A DNA stretch of 55,525 nucleotides, from positions 1 to 55,525 of the forward strand of contig CDMY01000539.1 in the NCBI GenBank assembly GCA_001179505.1. The letters run 5' to 3'. The position numbers and the translations under genes were made by a program. The notes under the pieces were generated by a model that saw only the letters and a program-made list of their open reading frames with translations, did not search any database and was not told the origin of the DNA. The DNA is from Vitrella brassicaformis CCMP3155 (taxonomy: Eukaryota > Protista > Chromerida). Of the stretch, positions 48,791 through 55,525 are shown in pieces; the stretch's first letter is position 1; every line of letters starts with the position of its first letter.

Positions 48791-51700
48791 TTATTTCGTC
48801 ACGGAGAGCACCACCGAGCAAGCGCTCTGCGGCCGGAGGGTCACGTGCAGCGGCAGGGCGTAAGACGGCGGAGGCGACGTCGCCTTGAGCAGATCCCCTA
48901 CCGGCGAGAAGGCCGGAAAGGGCCGGACATCCTGATTGATGACACACACCACCGACAGACAACCATTCCTTGCTCATGTCTGTCTGTCTGTCTATCGTGG
49001 TGTCTTCGCCCTCCTCGCTCACTCACGCACTTTGAACATTTCGCAGGTTGCGTTGACGGGGCACCTGTCCCACAGGTGCCACAGCTCCTGGCTCCTCTTC
49101 TCGCCCTCGCCACCAGCACCAGGCCCACCCCCACTGCCCTTCGCCCCCACAAGCTCCTCCTCATTCATATGCCGTCCAGTGGTGGCCTCAACGGCATTGC
49201 GCCCCAGCACCCACCACGGCCTGGGAAAGCTCACCCACCGCTCCCCCAGACGCACGTCGCAGCGGCCGGCGGGGAAGGAGCGCACCTGATCGATCTTGGC
49301 CGTGAATGTCTCCTTGAGCACCCAGCCACCTGCCGGGATGATGGCGAGAGACGCCTGGATGGGGTCCTTGGCGTGTGTCTTGGCGTAGGTGAGGGAGAGG
49401 GTGAGGGTGCGGGGGATGGAGGGGGAGATGAAGGCCACCCCGTACAGCCCTCTATCTGCGTCGACGCCGTGTGGGAGGGGGAGTATGTGTGTCTTGATGG
49501 GGGGCAGGTGGCCGATCATCGAGTGCAGGGCGTCCTGAGCCATGGTCGACTCGCACTGCCTGTCCACACAGACAGAGAACACAGACAACAGAATGTGTGT
49601 GTGTGTGTGTGTGGATGGATGGATGGGCTTGCAGGGTCCATTTGTGTGTACTTGTTGACGAGGCCGTAGCACTGTCTGCCGAAGCTGTTGAGCGTCCAGT
49701 AGCCCACAGGCGTCACGCCATAACTCAGCATGGACACTAAGTACCTGACCACAGGACACACACACACACAGCAGCCAGCAAAACGAATGAGACACATGTC
49801 TCACTGCAGACAGAAAGGCGCTTTCTGTCGTGCGTACGTCATGAGCCTGACGCCGTACTCGGCGTGCAGTGTGGAGACGTCCTTGCTGGCGTACTCGAGG
49901 CTGTATTTGCCCTTGTAGCAGCTGTCAGGCACCTCCGGGTACTGAACAAACAAACGAAGCAAGGAAGGAACGATCTGTCACCGTGCAGGCAGGCAGGCGT
50001 CTCATTCCTCCAGCAGTAAACCCGACCTTCTTGCCGGCGATGATATTTGTCTTGACCCCCCACTCTGTCGCCACAATCCCCATCGGCTGCTTCACCTCAC
50101 TGTCCCCCCACCTGCAGCGCACACAAGAGGCGTCCACACGGCCCGGCATGGCGTGTAGCGACGACTGCTGGTCGGCGTACTTGGTGTGGATGAGGTATTC
50201 TATGGCTTTGGGCAGGAACGACGCCACTGCTGCCTGGTACCAGGGACCAAATTGAGGGCAGAATGAATCCTCCCTGCACCATCCATCCACAAGGACATTG
50301 CCATTTTGCCATGGTGCCATGGTGCCATGGTGGGAAGAGTACCAGAAGTGGAAGCTCCAGTGGTCCAGAGCCTGAAGCGGATGGATTGACGGGACACGAT
50401 CGTGCTGCTAGTCAGTCATCGAAATCGGTCGGTCTTTTCACTCACCGCGAGCGCTTCGGCGTCCTGGACTGTCCAATAGAGGTACCGCAGACACGTGCAC
50501 AGACCCACACACGATGGACCCAACAGACCTGCATTCCCATTCATTCATCTCTTTACCTCTTTCTCTCTCTCTCTCTGTGCGTGTGAGTCTATGTGCCGAC
50601 CAGTGGTGATGTTGAGTGTGTCGAGGCTCGATCTGAGTGTTTTGAGCAGGTCGGGATAAGAGGTGTCGCGGATCTTCGGGCCCACATCTGATGAATGGAT
50701 GAATGGATGGATGGATGAATGGATGGACGCAAGAACACACAACGCCAGGATGGCTGATTTGGCTCTTTTTGCGTACATGATCCGTGTTGTTCTCCGAAGT
50801 CCGGCTCGTTAATCAGCTCCAGATACTCCGGTGCACGACCTAGCGACTGGCGCCAGAGCACACGCACATACAGAGGCGGGCAAGATGGATCGTGGTGGAT
50901 GGATGGAGGGATGAGTGCCGGTGGTCCATCGTATCACGCACCTTTTGGATGTACTGGAGGGTGCAGGCCGTCACCTTGCTAAAGTCGTCAAACCGATCGG
51001 GACTGCACCTCAGACACACACACACATCGATCGATCCTCCTCATTGGGCTCTCTGTGTGTATGTGCCATGGAAGTGTGTGACTTTACGTGAGGTTCCACT
51101 TGATGGATGCCGGAGGGATCATGGAGACTTGACCAACCACCTTCAGCCCACCCTGCCACGCACTCGTCAACGCCGTGAAGGCAGCCTACGCACACAAAAG
51201 GAGAGAGAAGCGGAGCGGATGCCTTCAATCTTTCCTTGCGTTCGCCTTTCTGACCTTTTTGCCTTTCCATCTTTCCAGCCGGTTCCTCACCCACTTGCAG
51301 ACGGCGTCATAGGATGCGTCGATTGGGATGGGGTAGCTCTTGCTCTCATAGGGGCTCGGAGCCACCACTATCCTCGTGTACCTGCACACGCGCACAGACA
51401 CAGACAGGCCACCACCGATGGGCCATGATGGCTTGCCACGGACGACACTTCTATACTTGAAGGTCGAGCTGAAGTTCTTCTGCACTGCCGCCATGGCCTG
51501 CGCGGCGCTGCAGCCTTTCGGCAACGCCTCCGTCGAAAGGAACCCCCCAAACTCCATCTCCTTGAGCCCTTCCAAGTGGCTCATGTCCATCACCGCAGCC
51601 ACGGGCACCTGCCACGGCGACGCGTAGAAGGTCACCGCATTGCACACGCCTATGCTGCTCTCAGGGGCCGATGCGCCGGCAGGGCCGACGGAGAGATAGC

Positions 51701-52040
51701 AGAAGCCCTCGATGAGGTACGGCAGCGCCAGCCAGACGGCCCACCACCCTCCTCCCGCAAGGCAGACGAACACACACAGCTTCCAGAGGAGCAAGAGTCG
51801 GGTGCAGGGGTGGTGACGACGCTCGGAGACCGCCCTGTGTGTTGAGATGAGGGTAGTCTTGTCATCTGCTGCCGATGTGGATCTGTCGGCTGCTGCGGTG
51901 ATCTCGAAAGCAGCTGCCAGTGGCTTCGGCCAGGGCCGCTCGCCCCGGGCACTGTCGGTCCGCTCTGTGGCTGCGCTACTGGCCGTCGTGGTCACTCGGT
52001 GGTAGGACGCCGATGCGGCGGATGTGTCAGGCTCCATCAT
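48791..52040 (-). CDS. Type II membrane-anchored clan GH-A glycoside hydrolase (GH39-like)
   Basis: N-terminal TM (LWKLCVFVCLAGGGWWAVWLALPYL), acid/base-like motif YLELINEPD, nucleophile-like motif IVATEWG, and a beta-rich C-terminus (LHVTLRPQSACSVVLSVTK*). Confidence 0.6.
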
Positions 52041-52176
52041 CTAACACAAGCCAAAATCAGGGCTATGGCGAGGAAAGGAAACCCGCGCCAAAGCGATCGG
52101 GAGATCTGCCATTCTGTTTGCTGCCTCGGGCATCTTTCGCATCTGTATCATCCCCTGTGGCGTATACGCTGCCTTG

Positions 52177-53161
52177 ATGGATCCCTTGACGGTGATCCTT
52201 CCCGGAGATGCGCGAGATGCCGTCGATGGCAGGAGAGATGAGTCTGGTGATGAGGGCATTCTTGGCGTGCCGATGGAGCTGCCCTTCCACCCAAGACGGA
52301 CAGCTCTCCAGGCATACAGAAGGAAGGTGTGCAGCTACTGGCCATGGGAGAGAAGAAAGCTGTATTCTCTGCCATCTGTCTGTCGGTGTGTGCATCTGTC
52401 TGTGCTCAGTACATCCCCAAGCCTGACGATTTGGTGATTGGGATCATCAAGCAGAAGACCGGAGAGCAGTACAAAGTCAGCAACACACTCGCACACACAC
52501 ACATGATCTCACGCACACCCCAAATCCTCTCCGTGTGCTTCTCAGGTGGACATCAGGGCGCCGTTCGAGGCCACTCTCGACTCGACGGCCTTCGAGCGTG
52601 CGACCAAGCGGCACAAGCCCAACCTGCAGGTGGGCCACGTGGTCTACGCCTTTGTGCAGTCGGCGCACAAGGACTACGAGACGACTTTGGTGTGCACATC
52701 GGTGGACGTCCACAAGGACTGGACCAGCGGGGAGGGATACCTGGGGCAGCTGCAGGGCGGATACTGCCTCGACCTCGATTTCATCGCCCACGCCGACTGG
52801 TCAGTCAGTAGTCGTGACTGATTTGTATACCTTCGCAATGCGTGTGTATGTGTGTGTCCGTCTGCGTATTCGTGCAGTTTGTTGGGCGACGAGTGTTTTG
52901 TGTTGGAGCAGCTGGGTGCGGTGGTCAAGTATGAGGTCGCCGTGGGCCGCAACGGCCGCATCTGGGTCAAGACGGAGAGGCCCAAGGAGACCCTTCTTGT
53001 CCTTAGTGCCATCAAGACGGCGTTGACCAAGGCACTCACGCTCGAGCAGGTGACCACGATGCTTCTGTGCCATTCATCCATTGGTCTGCCTGCTTTGTCC
53101 TTATGTGTCTGGAGTGCAGACGCAGGCGGCCATCAACATCTTCGTAGAGCGGCTGACCTGA
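52177..53161 (+). CDS. RRP40: Exosome complex RNA-binding subunit RRP40 (EXOSC3)
   Basis: VILPGD, RKYIPKPDDLVIGII, AFERATKRHKPNLQVGHVVYAFV and YEVAVGRNGRIWVK (S1 plus KH domains). Confidence 0.93.
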
Positions 53162-53937
53162 TGAGGAATGTGTGGATAGGTATGTGGCGGTATTGGCAAT
53201 GGGACTGAGTGAGGGTGTCGATCTGTGAATGAACGCATTTGGTTGAGCTTCACGGCTGCTTACGACAAGGAGTCTTGGCTACGCTCACAATATATCGACC
53301 TTACACACACTGCTACACACGTTCGCACGCCCATTCACCCCCCACCCTCTCCCCCAACCCCCCGCCACGCACTCATCGTCCATCCATGAGCATGCCTGCT
53401 GGTAGGTAGGAGGTGCCATCGCTCCCGGACCTTCAACGCAGGGCTGACGATAGCATTCCAACCAGCACGACAGTGCCTCACTCGCCGTTGTGTATGTATC
53501 ACAGACACCGCCATCCGTGGGTCATTCTTGAAGGCCTCACGCGCCTCTCGTGCACCCCAGGTTGCCGTCGCCATGAATACGACGGTCCCCTCAGGTGTAC
53601 GAGAAGGGTGTGAGGCCTCCAGGAATGATCGCTTCATCGAAATCGGGCAAGCAGAAACCAACCAGACGACAACACCAGCCCCGCCTCTCTTGTCTGCAGC
53701 CATCACGACACGGCTACCCTCCTGTACAGACTCATGAATGGATCGACGATACGTATGTGCGTGTGTGTGTGTGTATGTATACTATGGCACAAGAGCAAGA
53801 CAAGCCAACCACACCGCCCCATCCCCTCCTCTCTAGCCAGATAGCCAGCTACGCCCGCATTCCTCCGGCTCTCGCATCTATCAGTCATCTAAGTGCCGCC
53901 GCCCGTCCTTTTCTACACGGCGTGTGTGTGTGTGTCG

Positions 53938-55305
53938 TCATTTGCCCTCGCGGAAGAAGTCGTCGGCCGAGGGCGGCGGGCCGTCGGGGCGGGCGGCACC
54001 GCCTCCCGAGGGAGATGACGGGGGCGACCTAGAATATGGACCGCCTGACAAAGCCACAGGACAGGCAAAGGTGCGGGCTGGTCGGGGGAGGGATGTGGGG
54101 AGGGCTGTGGGTGAGGTATAGGTGGTGTACCTATGTTCATGTTGTATGGTTCCTCGAGCAGCTGTGTGATGGCCGCCGGGTTGGTGAACACCTGCCACCC
54201 GTACAGCGCCGGCAAAATGGACTGCATCAGGATCACACACACACACACACACAGAGAGATGGACACGGACATGGACGAAGGTGTGCGTGTGTGTTGAATG
54301 GGTGTACCTCTAGCAGCGTCTGGAGTGCTTTGAAGTCGCCTAAGGTGCCCGTCACCTGCACCTCCTCATTGCTCTTGCGATCCTGACACACACACAGCAC
54401 ATGCAGGTAGGGATCCTCCGAGTGTGCCCGTCCGTGCGTGTGTGCGCCGGCAGGTCGTGTTTGTTACCTTCATGACGAAGGCCACCCTCTCGGGATCGGA
54501 GGCATCGTTTCCCACACTCAGTATGGTCTGCAGACACGCACAAACACAGGCAGACTCCATGCGATGTGGTGGGCTGGATGTGGTGTGGCGAAGATGTACC
54601 TTCTCCGATGTGATCTGCACCGACACCTCCGCGAGATTCGTGGCCGATATCAACGAACTGAAGACCAGACAACACACACACGTTTGGATGGTTCCCTCAG
54701 TGTGCCTTTGTATGGGTCGGCCACCGACCCACCCTAGATGCTGCGGTTTGAGCAGCATCATCTGCTTCCTCTCCTTGTCGTACTTGGACATCCTGCACAC
54801 AACACGCGCACCAGCACACAGTCTATCCATCGCCCCCGCCCCCTCCCTCTCCCTCTCCCTCCCTCCCTCTCAGCAAGTGCGTGCATCTCCCAGACCTGGC
54901 CTTGACGTCCAGTTTGGGCATGAATATGGCCCTGACAGATCCGTCATTGGCCACCTTGAACTTGCGCAGCTCCCGGTCCCACTTGTACAACGCCGGCACG
55001 GGGCTGAACATGGCCATCGCCTCCCGACCCCAGATGGTGAAGCTGCTCGGGAAGATCTGCGACGCACTCATCGCTCCCTGTGGCTGCTGCTGCTGCATGG
55101 GCGGGGCGGGGAAGGGAGGAGGGGACTGGACGGCCGCAGGCGGCTGGTGTGAGGGATCTTCGTCGGTCTGCTGCGTGGCCATGGCTGCTGCCGCACTCGA
55201 GAAGGGCCGGAAGAGCGCTGCGGAGTGCTGGAGTGTACTGCCATGTGAAAGGGGGAGAGCAACGAAGGGACGAGGGATGCGGACGAGACCTCGAAAGAAG
55301 GACAT
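53938..55305 (-). CDS. WHY: Whirly-domain ssDNA-binding protein with mitochondrial-type presequence
   Basis: Six exons splice in phase to ...SFTIWGREAMAMFSPV...GSVRAIFMPK...KYDKERKQMMLLKPQHLGSLIS...DFKALQTLLESILPALYGW. This aligns by eye with plant Whirly motifs (FMP...KYDWEKKQ.F.L...EVGSLIS...LP.I.GW). Confidence 0.75.
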
Positions 55306-55525
55306 GGATGCGGCGCTGCGAGCGAAAGAAACGGCTCAGTTTACGCACAAGTAAGGCGCCCAGGCAAGCTGAGCGCGGTGCACGACCCCCCTAGTGGATG
55401 GGCCGATTTGCGCGTTCGACGGAGAATGCGGATGTGTCCAGAAAACACGTCGATCACACTATCCATGCAATGAATTAAAGAACACATACAATTGCATGCA
55501 TGTCCTTCTCCCTTTTGTAGAGCTG

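Noticed and set aside
50300-50332. Short intronic tandem repeats: (TGCCATGG)x3 here, also the 9-mer at ~13500-13530 and the 8-mers at ~32450-32515 and ~45763-45787
   Set aside because: They are ordinary slippage minisatellites in a repeat-rich genome, with no spacers.
53335-53706. 123-aa minus-strand ORF downstream of the Whirly gene
   Set aside because: It has no recognisable motif and no supporting splice structure, and it lies between convergent 3' ends. It is probably UTR.
5040-55525. Many ORF-track entries rich in THTHT, CVCVC, LSLSL or RERER
   Set aside because: These are translations of intronic (AC/GT)n and (AG/CT)n microsatellites, not proteins.

Overview
This is the left end of a GC-rich, intron-dense eukaryotic chromosome, starting with a (CCCTAAA)n telomere. 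The TTTAGGG telomere, class I fumarase, AP-5 beta subunit, microsatellite-filled introns and lineage-specific gene families point to a chromerid alveolate resembling Vitrella brassicaformis; that assignment is an inference. About 11 multi-exon single-copy genes look intact where I traced them: a Patched/NPC1-like SSD protein, acyltransferase-3, thioredoxin, AP5B1, a Cys-rich protein, a small mitochondrial-type membrane protein, class I fumarate hydratase, a ~9-kb GPS/GAIN adhesion-receptor-like gene, a secreted protein, a clan GH-A glycosidase, RRP40 and a Whirly-domain protein. Most are arranged as head-to-head pairs. Between them lie six disabled genes from lineage-specific families, carried on duplicated and inverted blocks. 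The most unusual signals are: a 3-kb terminal segment bounded by telomeric repeats in opposite orientations; a perfect head-to-head telomeric hairpin inside an intron; a modular gene family in which every copy is broken, with a templated-insertion junction; a plant-type Whirly protein; and a polycystin-like GPS receptor with a novel ectodomain. Gene models were spliced by eye, so boundaries are approximate. I saw no rRNA, tRNA, CRISPR array or transposase.
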